A stretch of 51,627 nt of DNA from Candidatus Nomurabacteria bacterium (GCA_026395955.1 JAPLXR010000009.1:1-51627); one strand, 5' to 3'; positions 9,501 to 18,814 are shown, numbered from the stretch's first letter. Program-made: numbers and translations. Notes: generated by a model from the letters alone, not told the origin.

Positions 9501-12500
9501 CGTATTTAATAACAACTTGTGCTGAGTTTGAAGAAATGAATAATTATGATTTGTTGTCTGGATATTTTGTATTACAAAATGATCTTGATTGTTCTAGTGA
9601 AGGCAACAATATAATGGTAGGAACTACTGATCCATTTACTGGAACTTTTGATGGTCTCGGTCATACAATAAAAATAAATATAGATGATAATTATTCTCTC
9701 GATGTTGGATTGTTTCAACATATATCTTTTGATAATAATTTAAAAAATTCTGGAAATATAAATAATTTAAATATTTCAGGTACAATAAAATCTTTATATG
9801 AGACAGGGGCATTGGCGGGAATAGTTGATAAAGTTCATATAAATAATGTTTCTTCAAGTGTAAATATAACAATACAAAATAATAACGGTTGGTCCCCAAG
9901 TGTTGGGGGGCTTGTCGGTCATATGACAGATGCTCCATCACGACATAGTACTCTTTCAAATAGTTTCAATGCTGGTTCTATAAAAATAGATAATGATAGT
10001 TCTGTTGATGTTGTCGGTGGGCTCGTAGGTATCGCTGATAGTAATTCAACTATTATTACTAGTTATAATATTGGTGATATTGATATTCAAACTATAGATC
10101 TAAATGGTGGGGCAGGAGGTTTAGTTGGATATTTGAATACATCAACGATCTCAGAAAGTTATTCTTCAGGTAATATAAATGGTAATCAAAATATAGGAGG
10201 ATTTATTGGTTTTTCATATAATTCAACTATAGAAAATTCTTATTCAACTACATCAGTTGTTGTAAATAGTTCTGGTAATTATTTTGGAGGATTTATTGGT
10301 CTTTCTCAAAATTCTACTTTTACAAATGATTATGCTATTGGAAAAATATATGGGCGTGATATTGGTGATTATATTGGAGGATTTATTGGTTATAGTGATT
10401 CAAATAATATAAATAATTCATTTTCTGCTGGTACTGTCTATAATGCAATTTCTATCGTAGCAGGATTTATTGGTTTTGATAATAATACTGTATATAATAA
10501 TTCTTATTTTGATAGCCTGAGAAGCGGTGGTACAATATCTTGTTCTTGGAACAATCCATATCCTAGTGGATGTAATTTTATAAATCTTGGTGGTAATGAT
10601 CAAAATTATTTCTTTAATAATACTACTAATCCTGTATATAATGGTGTTTGGGATTTTAGTACTATTTGGTCTGTGACTTCTACTTATCCAAGATTAAAAT
10701 CATTACTTTTCACTCTCGGTACTGGAACATTAGTTGACCCATATCAAATATCATCTTGTCAGCAATTGCAAAATATGAATATCTTTTTAGATGCTCATTA
10801 TATTTTGACAGGGGATATCGATTGTAGTGATACTATAAATTGGAATAATGGTCACGGTTTTATTCCTATTGGTGGTAGTGAAATTCCAATTTTTACTGGA
10901 AGTTTAGATGGTCAAAATTATACTATTGATGGATTATACATTAATAATGTGGATATTCCTGTCGGATTGTTTGGTGTGTCGAGCGGAATAATAAAAAATA
11001 TTAATTTAACTAGTGAAAATTTAATTGGTAATTCTAATATTGGTGGACTAGCAGGACAAAATATAAATGGAGGTATTATAATAAATGCTCATACAAATGG
11101 AGGTGTATCTGGAACTGGTGCTGACCTAGGAGGGTTGGTGGGCTTAAATACTGATAATAATTCTGTAATAACAAACTCTTCTGCTACTGTTGGAATCGAT
11201 AGTGAAACTAATTTTGTCGGAGGACTTGTCGGAGAAAATGCTAACAACGCTTTGATTTCAAATTCTTATGTAACAGGTCAGATTAGTGTTGTCGGTGATA
11301 GTTCTGTTGGAGGACTTGTAGGATATTTACATGATTCTATTATTAAGAATTCTTATGCAAATGAACAAGTTGTCGGTTATGATACTGTCGGAGGACTTGT
11401 CGGTTATGCAGAAAATAATGCTAGTATACTTAATTCTTATTCTACTGGAAGTGTAATAGCTAATGGTAATATGTTTGGTTATGATAATAGCAATATCGGA
11501 GGACTTGTCGGAGCAACTAATGATAATATTAAATTCTATAATTCTTTCACTACGAGCCCAGTAGTATTTATATATGATGGTGTAAATACGCAAAATGCTC
11601 CACTTGCAAATGATACTTATATAGGTAATTTCTTGGGACAAGAAGGTTCAAATATTATTTATGAAAATAATTATTTTAATAAAGATTCTGTGGGTCAAAA
11701 TTATTGTGTAGGTGATAGTGCTTCTGGTGGTCTAAGTGGTGCAAATAGAACGGGATGTAACAATGATGCTGAAGGTATTTCATATTATCAAAATAATAGT
11801 TCCAATTCACCTCTAGATACTTGGAATTTTAATACTATCTGGAGAACAAATGTTGGTGATTATCCAACACTTAAACAAACAGTTAATTTTTCTGGAACTG
11901 GTACCGGTACAGAAGTTGATCCTTATATCATAGATTCTTGTAATAAATTTGAAGAGATGAATAATCCAAATATTTCATCCGGTTACTTCTCTATGACAAC
12001 TGATCTTGATTGTCGTAGTAAGCATAACAACATAATGGTAGGTACAGATTTGCCTTTTGATGGACATTTTTCAGCATCAGTAGGAGACGGAAGTAATTAT
12101 ACTTTGACTGTAGATATAAATGATACTATTTCAAACGATGTCGGAGTATTTCAAAAATTATACAATGCAACAATAAATAATTTTAATATTGCGGGATCTA
12201 TGACTTCTGCAAATGAAACTGGATCTTTGGCTGGTATTGTAGATTATGATTCTGTTATTGATAATGTTTCTTCTAGTATAAATATAAATATTGAAAATAA
12301 TAATGGTTATTATCCATTTGTCGGTGGACTTGTAGGATATTTAACTGATGCTATTGCTCACCCAAGTCATATATCAAATAGTAGTTCATCAGGAAGTATC
12401 ACAGCAAGTTCTACTACATCTATCGGTGCCTTAGGTGGACTTGTCGGATATATGGATAATACTTCGACGATAGATAGAAGTCATTCTACTAGTGCTATTA

Positions 12501-14130
12501 ATGTTCAAACAGAAGATGTTGATTGTGCTGTTGGAGGTCTTGTAGGATGTATGGACAATTCAACTATTACAAAGAGTTATACTACTGGTTCATTAACTGG
12601 AATTTATGGTATTGGAGGTTTGGTTGGAGAAGTAGCGAATTCTAGTATTACAGACTCATATTCCAATAGAAATATAATAGGTAATAATTATCTTGGTGGT
12701 TTTGTTAGCTATTCTTATGGTGCTAATTTTAATAAGGACTATTCTGCTGGATCTTTGTATTCTAACAATAACGGCGATTCATCTGGAGGTTTTACTGAAT
12801 ATAGTGATTCAAGTGATATAAGTAATTCATTTTCAGCAATGACAATAAACGGTTTTAATTTAAACGGACAAGTTGGTAATTTTGTGGGTTATGATTACAG
12901 TTCAAATTATGATAATAATTATGTAGACAAAATTAAAAGTAATGTAGATGCATGTATTTCAAATAATGATACAGATTGTTCTGTAATTAATGCAGTAGAT
13001 ACTATCGATGTTCCAGACAATAAATATTTCTTAAATAATACAGAGAATCATCCACTAGATACTTGGAATTTCGCTAGTACTTGGGAGAAAAATGAATCAT
13101 ATCCTAGACTTCATATTGCTTCTTTTGCTGGAGGTAGTGGAACACTTTTAGATCCATATCAAATTTCTTCTTGTCAGCAATTTATAGATATTAATTCAAA
13201 CCTCTCTGCTTATTATATTTTAAATAATGATTTAGATTGTAGTGATAATGGAAATAATATAATGATTGATGCTCCAGAAGTAGATCCATTTACAGGTAGT
13301 TTTGATGGTCAAAATTATAGTATAGATATTAAGATTGATTCTTTTGATTCTACAATTGGTTTATTTAGACATCCTGTCGGTGCAACTATCAAGAATTTAA
13401 ATATTACAGGTCATATTACAGGTCATACTGAAGTACTTGGTTCTTTAGCTGGTAAAGTTGAGAGTTCAACTATTACTAATATTTCAAGTAGTGCTGAAGT
13501 TACAAGTAGTAGTGGTATTGTTGGTGGACTCGTTGGCTCATTGAGAGACAATTCAACTCTTTCGAATTCATATTCTATTGGTGCTGTATTTGGAGACGGT
13601 AATAATATTGGAGGGCTTGTCGGTTGGGTACAAAATTCTACAGTTTTAAATTCTTATGCTACAGGTTCTGTAAATTCAAATTTTTCTCATGTTGGAGGGT
13701 TAATAGGATATTTAGAAGCATCTACTGTTGAATCTTCTTATTCTAGTGGATTTATTAGTGGTAATATTAATAATAGTACTGATTCTGGAAGTTTAGTTGG
13801 TTCTAGTAAGGGCGGTAGTTATATTAATAATTCTTTTGCTACTGGTTTAATAACTAATTTTTACAAAAATACTGGCGGTTTAGTTTCTAGTTCAGAAGAT
13901 ATTAATTTATCAAATGATTATTACGATCAAACAAATACTCAACAAAGTGGCTGTACTGCTGCTGGAGATATTTCTAATTGTAATCCTGTAAATATAGATA
14001 ATTTACAACCAAATTATTTCTTGAATAATGCGACAAGTAGTCCGCTTGATACTTGGAATTTTGCTTCAACTACACCGATCTGGGCAGTGACAGAGAATTT
14101 TACTCCGACATTTTTAGATAATATTTATGA
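4096..14130 (+). repeat. Eight tandem coding modules (about 340-620 aa each) of the giant protein
   Basis: Each module opens with G-x-G-T-x3-P-(Y/F)-x-I-x2-C-x2-(F/L/W)-x2-(I/M)-N...Y-(I/F/V)-L-x-N-D-(I/L)-x-C-(S/A). Approximate module starts: 4096, 5945, 7070, 8294, 9455, 10693, 11873 and 13108. Each ends with ...NYF.N.T..PL..W(D/N)F...W....YP.L. Confidence 0.8.
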
Positions 14131-17100
14131 TAATCCAAAAGCACCATTTGTAGACACAAAAGATGCTACAAATGTAAATTCATTTAGTGCGACACTCAAT
14201 GGTTCTATTACGAATTCTGGTGGAGCAAGTCATTTCTATTTTGAATATGGAACTACTGATTCTTATGAACTAGGTTATGCTTATGAATTTACTGGTATTT
14301 CAGGAACAGGGAATTTCAGTACTAGTGTAAAAGATTTGTCTCAAGCAAATACATATCATTATCGTTTATGTGCAGATAATAATTTAGGTAATAGTTGTGG
14401 AAATGATGTACAATTTGATACTCCTTCTGCTGTGAACTCAGATATGTCTTCAAATTCAAATAGTGATAAGAATTCTTGGTTTCCAGATGGTCCTGTATTT
14501 TCTAGTGTTGTAAATCAAGATACTGGTGAGGTTTATATCGGTGGAAATTTTCATAATATGTATCAACCAAGTGATATCGTAGGACAAGGAGTTCCTGTAG
14601 CGCTTGATACTGGTTTGCATTTAAATGATCCTCAAATAAATGGTCCTGTATATGCTTCTGTTTCTGATAATAATGGTGGATGGTATATCGGTGGAGATTT
14701 TACTTCTGTAGGAGAAAAACAAAGAAATAATCTTGCTCATATTGATGCAAATGGTAATGTTGATGACATAAATTTTGGTTTGCTTGGTGTAAATGGTACT
14801 GTGCGTGCTTTAGCACTTTCACCGATGGGAGATTTCTTATATGTTGGTGGAGATTTTAATCATGTTGAAGATGGTGATATTGGTCATGACATTGCTCGTT
14901 TAGCAAAAATTAATACAACTACTGGAACTGCTGATTTAATTTTCGACGCAGGTTTTGATGATACTGAAGGTGGTAATACTATTCGTTCATTGGCATTGAA
15001 TTTCGATGGTTCAAAAATTTATGCAATAGGAACATTTGTTCATACAAATATAAATACATCTGAAGTAGATATGAATGGTATTACAGAATTTAACACCACT
15101 GACGGATCTTTAGATACTTCTTTTAAACCTACTGTACCAAATGTTAACGAACACTATTTCTATTCAAGCGCATTATCTCTAGATGGAACAGTATTGTATG
15201 TTGGAGGGGCTGCTGGTTTGTATTCTTTTGAAACTTCTGCAAGTGAGAACTCTGGAAATAATTTGTGGGATATAGAAAACTTTAATTGGGTAAATGGTAT
15301 AAATGCTTTGGCATTATCACCAAATGGAAATACTTTGTATGCTGGTGGATATTTCTCAGAAAGTGGCGATGTTAACACTCATAATTATCTTGTAGCTTTT
15401 AATACAAGTGATGCGAGTGTTATGGATGATTTTCAGCCAGATTTAGATGAACCTGTAAATAGTCTAGTTGTTTCTTCTGATAATAATACTGTTTATGCCG
15501 GAGGATGGTTTACTTATGTAAAAACTCCTAATGTTAGCAGGTTATATGTTGCAGGGCTTGATGCTACTACTGGAGTTGCAACATCATTTGATCCACGTTC
15601 AAATGACATTGTAAATACAGTTGCTTTATCTTCTGATAACACTCAATTATTCATAGGAGGAGATATGACTATGATAAATGCTGTACCTAGAAACAATATC
15701 GCAGCTCTTGATATCGATGGAGCGTTGGATACTAACTTTGATCCAAATGTTGATGGGCAGGTAAATGCTTTGGCATTATCAAATGATAATAGTATTGTGT
15801 ATGCTGGAGGAAGTTTCACTAAGGTAAATGATAATGTTCAAAGAAAATTTATTGCTGGTTTCGATACTTCTGGTAATGTTACAAATTTTGATGCTGGAAT
15901 TAGAGATGGTAATTATGTAAATACTTTAGGTGTTGATAATAATAATTTAGTTTATACTGGTGGAGATTTTAATAACATTTCTGTTCCTTTTATCATAGAA
16001 ATACCTAGAAATGGTTTAGCTGTCTTTAATCCAGATGGAAGTTTAAATAACTTAGATTTTGGATTAAATGGTCCAGTGTACAGTTTGGCTTTATCAAAAA
16101 ATAATCCAATTATTTATCTCGCAGGAGCATTTAGTAATGTAAATAATGGAGTTGGTTTACAAGCATTCAGTACTACAGATGGGTCAGCTTTTTCAAACTT
16201 TAATCCAAGTGTAAATAATTCTATTTTTAATAAAGTAGTAGTTTCAGATGATGATAATACTATTTATGCTTCAACTTATTATACTTCAAGTGTATATTCA
16301 TTTGATTTTACAAATAGAGATGCGACACCAGGATTATTTGATTTAGAATATCTAGGTGAAGGAATAAATGATATATCTCTAGCCCCTAATCAAAATACAT
16401 TATATGTTAGTGGAGGATTTAATTTGATAAATGGATTTATTAGAAATTATCTAGCTTCATTTACAACTAGTGCAAATATTACAACTTTTGATCCAGATTT
16501 ATCTAGTGGTGGTGTAAATACTATCTCTTATTTCAGAAATGGAGAAAAGATGTATGTTGGTGGATATTTTGATGGTGTAAAAGGAGAGACAAAAATAAAA
16601 CATTTTACTTCATTTACTAGTCTAGGAGTTGTAAAAGCAACAACAGGTTCTGTCTCAGCTACAAATATTGCGCAAACTTCTGCGACACTAAATGGCACAG
16701 TTATTGATACAGGTGGTGAATATGTGACTGCAGGTTTTGATTATGGTATAGATACAAATTATGGAAATACTGTTACTGTAGATGGCACAGTGACTGATGC
16801 TACTGATTTCACTTATGATATTTCAAGTTTGACTTGTGGAACTACATATTATTATAGATCTTTTGCGACAAATAGTGCTGGTACTGTTTATTCAAGTGGA
16901 ACTTCATTTGAAACTGATCATTGTAGTCCTATGATGGTTGTATTAGGTTATCATGCAGGATTACATGGTAATATATTGGGTAATCCAACTCAAATAATTT
17001 TTGGTGGTTTCGGTTCTGCTGTGACTGCTGTAGCTGATACTGGATATCACTTTGTAAATTGGTCAGATAATTCTACAGATAATCCTCGATCAGATAATAC

Positions 17101-17935
17101 AAATACAAATGTAACTGCAAATTTTGCAATTAATACTTATAATTTAAATTATTCTGCAGGAGTTCATGGTTCAATATCTGGTACTGCTTCACAAACTGTA
17201 AATTATAATTCTAATGGAACTCAGGTTCGAGCTGTTCCTGCTAGTGGATATAGATTTAAGAAATGGTCAGATAATTCAACTACAAATCCACGTACAGATA
17301 CAAACGTTACTGGAAATATTTCAGTTACTGCTAGTTTTGAATTAATACCTTCAAATGGGGGCGGTGGAGGGGGTGGAAGCTCTGGTGGAAGTATTCGTTA
17401 CCTTTGTACAGATGTACAAGCAACTAATTATAATCAATATAGTTCAAATCAATCAACTCCATGTATATATCCTGTAGTTATAAATACAAATAATAATGGC
17501 GGAGGAGGTGGATGTAGTACAGATGTTCCTATTGATACTATTACAGGTTTACCTTGCCCTATAACGGGTGGAGATACAAAAGATTTTAATTCTATTGTAA
17601 CAGCAGGACTTTCTGGTTATGTATTTCCTAGAAATATAACAGTAGGAGATGTTGGAGAAGATGTAAAAAATCTACAAATATTCTTGAATGCAAATGGATT
17701 TATACTTGCGAAAAGTGGAGCTGGAGCACCTGGTCATGAAACAAATACATTTGGTTCTCTTACAAAAGAAGCAGTAAAAAGATTCCAGGCTACATATAGA
17801 GCTGAGATATTAACACCTCAAAATATTAAAAATCCTACTGGTAATTTTGCTACATTTACTAGACATGTAGTAAATGGAATATTGTCTTCAAATGGTACTG
17901 AAAAGGTAAGAACAGATATTTCTCCTAAAATTTAA
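6494..17935 (+). CDS. Giant GLUG-repeat surface protein, main segment. It carries modules 2-8, Fn3-like domains, a ~14-blade propeller, 2 InlB-B/Flg_new repeats, Gly linkers and a PG_binding_1-like C-terminus.
   Basis: The uninterrupted 3813-codon ORF continues the same repeat family. C-terminal GDVGEDVKNLQIFLNANGF...FGSLTKEAVKRFQATY matches the peptidoglycan-binding-domain pattern. Confidence 0.85.
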   Translation: MVGGMVGSYIRESYSSGNVTGVNNVGGLAGTLRDLGIIDSYSTSNVSGDSNVGGVVGQLDASTISNVYSTGIVNGNISTNSGGGLAGSISNASTVSNSFSTSPMSGFGLNFGALIGADDETNTITNNHFYDLISSTGMCDAVLGTWADCASDATDINYFKGNSTNAPFVDNWDFRPGQVWVATPDSYPTLYKITADDPANLFASGDGTKPNPFHIQTCKQFENINYYLSSYFILDNNLACSKSGNSITVGNGDAFFTGNLDGQNHTIDISLDTTALDNITGLFTLLFGASVSNLNISGNINSILYTGSLVGAAVGSSHIDNVHSSVNVNLGDNSGSGYFAGGLVGVLNSNSEIRNSSYTGNITLSSGSPIDAVGGIAGDMESGFINKSYSTGNINSLKEGVSLGIGGLAGYVQSGSDITESYSNTNVSSVSSGTGGLVGGVDNSSVTNAYATGNVTGSSNIGGLVGNSNNAGIQNTYATGSVTSTSGINGGGLIGSANNSTITNSFTTSFVSNFFSNMGGFIGDDSGSNTFGSNDWYNLATSGTSACSGDSDISASCFDQTDVNFFKGIINSETYGPISSWDFNSAPIWVATDGFYPTLYNISADDPILFQNGAGSAGSPYEITSCQELQNINTNLSAYYILKNDIDCSNFNFSSIGLDTPGFTGNFNGEDFAIDRLNIFEPSKSNVGLFSVLGDTAVVKNVLLTRENIIGSENVGGLAGYINTGAKVSKISTGGAVTGSGNNTGGLAGVNASPATIVNSNSFVDVSGFDNVGGLVGDNEGGSIVNSYATGNVDGYQNIGGLVGYGVSGNIFNSYATGNVSGAISVGGLVGDGSNAIITNTYATGSVMGNAYNLGTDNQGIAGFVGYSAGSAMINNSFTTSPVTFIYDGINASSTPLSNDTYVGNFIGNNDAGTTFVNDYYDQINGQQNYCMGNSTLGGQGVSDDANCNNDGADYTYFQGNASNTPLNNWNFTNIWNLNDTNYPILQQNSEFTGKGKGDKEQPYLITTCAEFEEMNNYDLLSGYFVLQNDLDCSSEGNNIMVGTTDPFTGTFDGLGHTIKINIDDNYSLDVGLFQHISFDNNLKNSGNINNLNISGTIKSLYETGALAGIVDKVHINNVSSSVNITIQNNNGWSPSVGGLVGHMTDAPSRHSTLSNSFNAGSIKIDNDSSVDVVGGLVGIADSNSTIITSYNIGDIDIQTIDLNGGAGGLVGYLNTSTISESYSSGNINGNQNIGGFIGFSYNSTIENSYSTTSVVVNSSGNYFGGFIGLSQNSTFTNDYAIGKIYGRDIGDYIGGFIGYSDSNNINNSFSAGTVYNAISIVAGFIGFDNNTVYNNSYFDSLRSGGTISCSWNNPYPSGCNFINLGGNDQNYFFNNTTNPVYNGVWDFSTIWSVTSTYPRLKSLLFTLGTGTLVDPYQISSCQQLQNMNIFLDAHYILTGDIDCSDTINWNNGHGFIPIGGSEIPIFTGSLDGQNYTIDGLYINNVDIPVGLFGVSSGIIKNINLTSENLIGNSNIGGLAGQNINGGIIINAHTNGGVSGTGADLGGLVGLNTDNNSVITNSSATVGIDSETNFVGGLVGENANNALISNSYVTGQISVVGDSSVGGLVGYLHDSIIKNSYANEQVVGYDTVGGLVGYAENNASILNSYSTGSVIANGNMFGYDNSNIGGLVGATNDNIKFYNSFTTSPVVFIYDGVNTQNAPLANDTYIGNFLGQEGSNIIYENNYFNKDSVGQNYCVGDSASGGLSGANRTGCNNDAEGISYYQNNSSNSPLDTWNFNTIWRTNVGDYPTLKQTVNFSGTGTGTEVDPYIIDSCNKFEEMNNPNISSGYFSMTTDLDCRSKHNNIMVGTDLPFDGHFSASVGDGSNYTLTVDINDTISNDVGVFQKLYNATINNFNIAGSMTSANETGSLAGIVDYDSVIDNVSSSININIENNNGYYPFVGGLVGYLTDAIAHPSHISNSSSSGSITASSTTSIGALGGLVGYMDNTSTIDRSHSTSAINVQTEDVDCAVGGLVGCMDNSTITKSYTTGSLTGIYGIGGLVGEVANSSITDSYSNRNIIGNNYLGGFVSYSYGANFNKDYSAGSLYSNNNGDSSGGFTEYSDSSDISNSFSAMTINGFNLNGQVGNFVGYDYSSNYDNNYVDKIKSNVDACISNNDTDCSVINAVDTIDVPDNKYFLNNTENHPLDTWNFASTWEKNESYPRLHIASFAGGSGTLLDPYQISSCQQFIDINSNLSAYYILNNDLDCSDNGNNIMIDAPEVDPFTGSFDGQNYSIDIKIDSFDSTIGLFRHPVGATIKNLNITGHITGHTEVLGSLAGKVESSTITNISSSAEVTSSSGIVGGLVGSLRDNSTLSNSYSIGAVFGDGNNIGGLVGWVQNSTVLNSYATGSVNSNFSHVGGLIGYLEASTVESSYSSGFISGNINNSTDSGSLVGSSKGGSYINNSFATGLITNFYKNTGGLVSSSEDINLSNDYYDQTNTQQSGCTAAGDISNCNPVNIDNLQPNYFLNNATSSPLDTWNFASTTPIWAVTENFTPTFLDNIYDNPKAPFVDTKDATNVNSFSATLNGSITNSGGASHFYFEYGTTDSYELGYAYEFTGISGTGNFSTSVKDLSQANTYHYRLCADNNLGNSCGNDVQFDTPSAVNSDMSSNSNSDKNSWFPDGPVFSSVVNQDTGEVYIGGNFHNMYQPSDIVGQGVPVALDTGLHLNDPQINGPVYASVSDNNGGWYIGGDFTSVGEKQRNNLAHIDANGNVDDINFGLLGVNGTVRALALSPMGDFLYVGGDFNHVEDGDIGHDIARLAKINTTTGTADLIFDAGFDDTEGGNTIRSLALNFDGSKIYAIGTFVHTNINTSEVDMNGITEFNTTDGSLDTSFKPTVPNVNEHYFYSSALSLDGTVLYVGGAAGLYSFETSASENSGNNLWDIENFNWVNGINALALSPNGNTLYAGGYFSESGDVNTHNYLVAFNTSDASVMDDFQPDLDEPVNSLVVSSDNNTVYAGGWFTYVKTPNVSRLYVAGLDATTGVATSFDPRSNDIVNTVALSSDNTQLFIGGDMTMINAVPRNNIAALDIDGALDTNFDPNVDGQVNALALSNDNSIVYAGGSFTKVNDNVQRKFIAGFDTSGNVTNFDAGIRDGNYVNTLGVDNNNLVYTGGDFNNISVPFIIEIPRNGLAVFNPDGSLNNLDFGLNGPVYSLALSKNNPIIYLAGAFSNVNNGVGLQAFSTTDGSAFSNFNPSVNNSIFNKVVVSDDDNTIYASTYYTSSVYSFDFTNRDATPGLFDLEYLGEGINDISLAPNQNTLYVSGGFNLINGFIRNYLASFTTSANITTFDPDLSSGGVNTISYFRNGEKMYVGGYFDGVKGETKIKHFTSFTSLGVVKATTGSVSATNIAQTSATLNGTVIDTGGEYVTAGFDYGIDTNYGNTVTVDGTVTDATDFTYDISSLTCGTTYYYRSFATNSAGTVYSSGTSFETDHCSPMMVVLGYHAGLHGNILGNPTQIIFGGFGSAVTAVADTGYHFVNWSDNSTDNPRSDNTNTNVTANFAINTYNLNYSAGVHGSISGTASQTVNYNSNGTQVRAVPASGYRFKKWSDNSTTNPRTDTNVTGNISVTASFELIPSNGGGGGGGSSGGSIRYLCTDVQATNYNQYSSNQSTPCIYPVVINTNNNGGGGGCSTDVPIDTITGLPCPITGGDTKDFNSIVTAGLSGYVFPRNITVGDVGEDVKNLQIFLNANGFILAKSGAGAPGHETNTFGSLTKEAVKRFQATYRAEILTPQNIKNPTGNFATFTRHVVNGILSSNGTEKVRTDISPKI

Positions 17936-18798
17936 ATAATCCTAATTTCTCCGAGTTCTTCTTTTATTAGACCCTTGATTTCCATAATAGATAAAATGCC
18001 ATTAGCATTAGCTGTCGGCATTTTCATCATTCGTATTAATTCATCTCGCTCAATTGGTTCACGTAATAAATCTACAACAATTTTTTCTTCAGGTGATAAA
18101 TCAGCAAAGAGTTTCATTTGCTTATTTTCATCTTTTTCTATTTCAAAACCAAGTGCTTCTAGTACGTCTTCAGAACAGGTGACAGGAGTCGCACCCTGAT
18201 AAAGTAATCTATTTGTACCTTTTGAACTTGATGAAAATATTGATCCAGGTATAACTAACAAATCACGATTGTATTCAGTGACGAGTCGAGCAGTGATAAG
18301 TGTTCCTGATTTTTCCTCAGCTTCTATTATGAGTGTCGCCTTGCAAAGTCCTGCCATAAGCCTGTTGCGCATAGGAAAACACCATTGCTGTGCTTTGAAG
18401 TCTGGTTCAAATTCTGAAATCATACAACCGCCACTATTTATAACTTCATCCATAAGTCCGGCATTTGTTTTTGGATAAATAGCTTCTTTGGAAAGTCCTG
18501 AGCCAGGAAAGACTACAGTTTTCAAATTATTCTTCATTGCTCTTTTGTGCGCTATAGTATCGATGCCCATAGCAAAACCAGACACGATAATTATCGGCCA
18601 GCCTTTTAGTCCATCAATTATTTTTTCACAAGCTTCACGTCCATAAGAAGTAAAACGACGAGACCCGACGATACATAGATAAACTTGTTCTTCGACTTCT
18701 TCTGGTAATTCTCCTAGTATCCACAAATCTTTTGGTGGTTGAGGAATCTCGAGTAATGGTTTTGGGAATTCTTTTGTTAGAAGTTTCCGTATCTTCAT
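17932..18798 (-). CDS. dprA: DNA-processing protein DprA (Smf family)
   Basis: IVGSRRFTSYG, IVSGFAMGIDTIAHKRA, FPMRNRLMAGL and EKSGTLITARL...VIPGSI are classic DprA Rossmann-domain motifs. Confidence 0.85.
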   Translation of the reverse strand: MKIRKLLTKEFPKPLLEIPQPPKDLWILGELPEEVEEQVYLCIVGSRRFTSYGREACEKIIDGLKGWPIIIVSGFAMGIDTIAHKRAMKNNLKTVVFPGSGLSKEAIYPKTNAGLMDEVINSGGCMISEFEPDFKAQQWCFPMRNRLMAGLCKATLIIEAEEKSGTLITARLVTEYNRDLLVIPGSIFSSSSKGTNRLLYQGATPVTCSEDVLEALGFEIEKDENKQMKLFADLSPEEKIVVDLLREPIERDELIRMMKMPTANANGILSIMEIKGLIKEELGEIRII

Positions 18799-18805
18799 AT
18801 TTGAA

Positions 18806-18814
18806 ATTATAACA
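18806..18814 (-). promoter_or_regulatory. Extended -10 (TGtTATAAT on the minus strand) lying 7 nt upstream of the dprA ATG; candidate leaderless promoter
   Basis: The minus strand reads tgttataat-ttcaaat-ATG. Confidence 0.4.

Noticed and set aside
4300-14000. The many-times repeated short DNA motif ggaggacttgt(c)gg with semi-regular spacing, which could be mistaken for a CRISPR-like or other non-coding repeat array
   Set aside because: The motif is in frame and encodes the GGLVG (GLUG) peptide repeat. Spacing is irregular and the whole region is one continuous ORF. It is not a CRISPR array. I saw no CRISPR array anywhere in the window.
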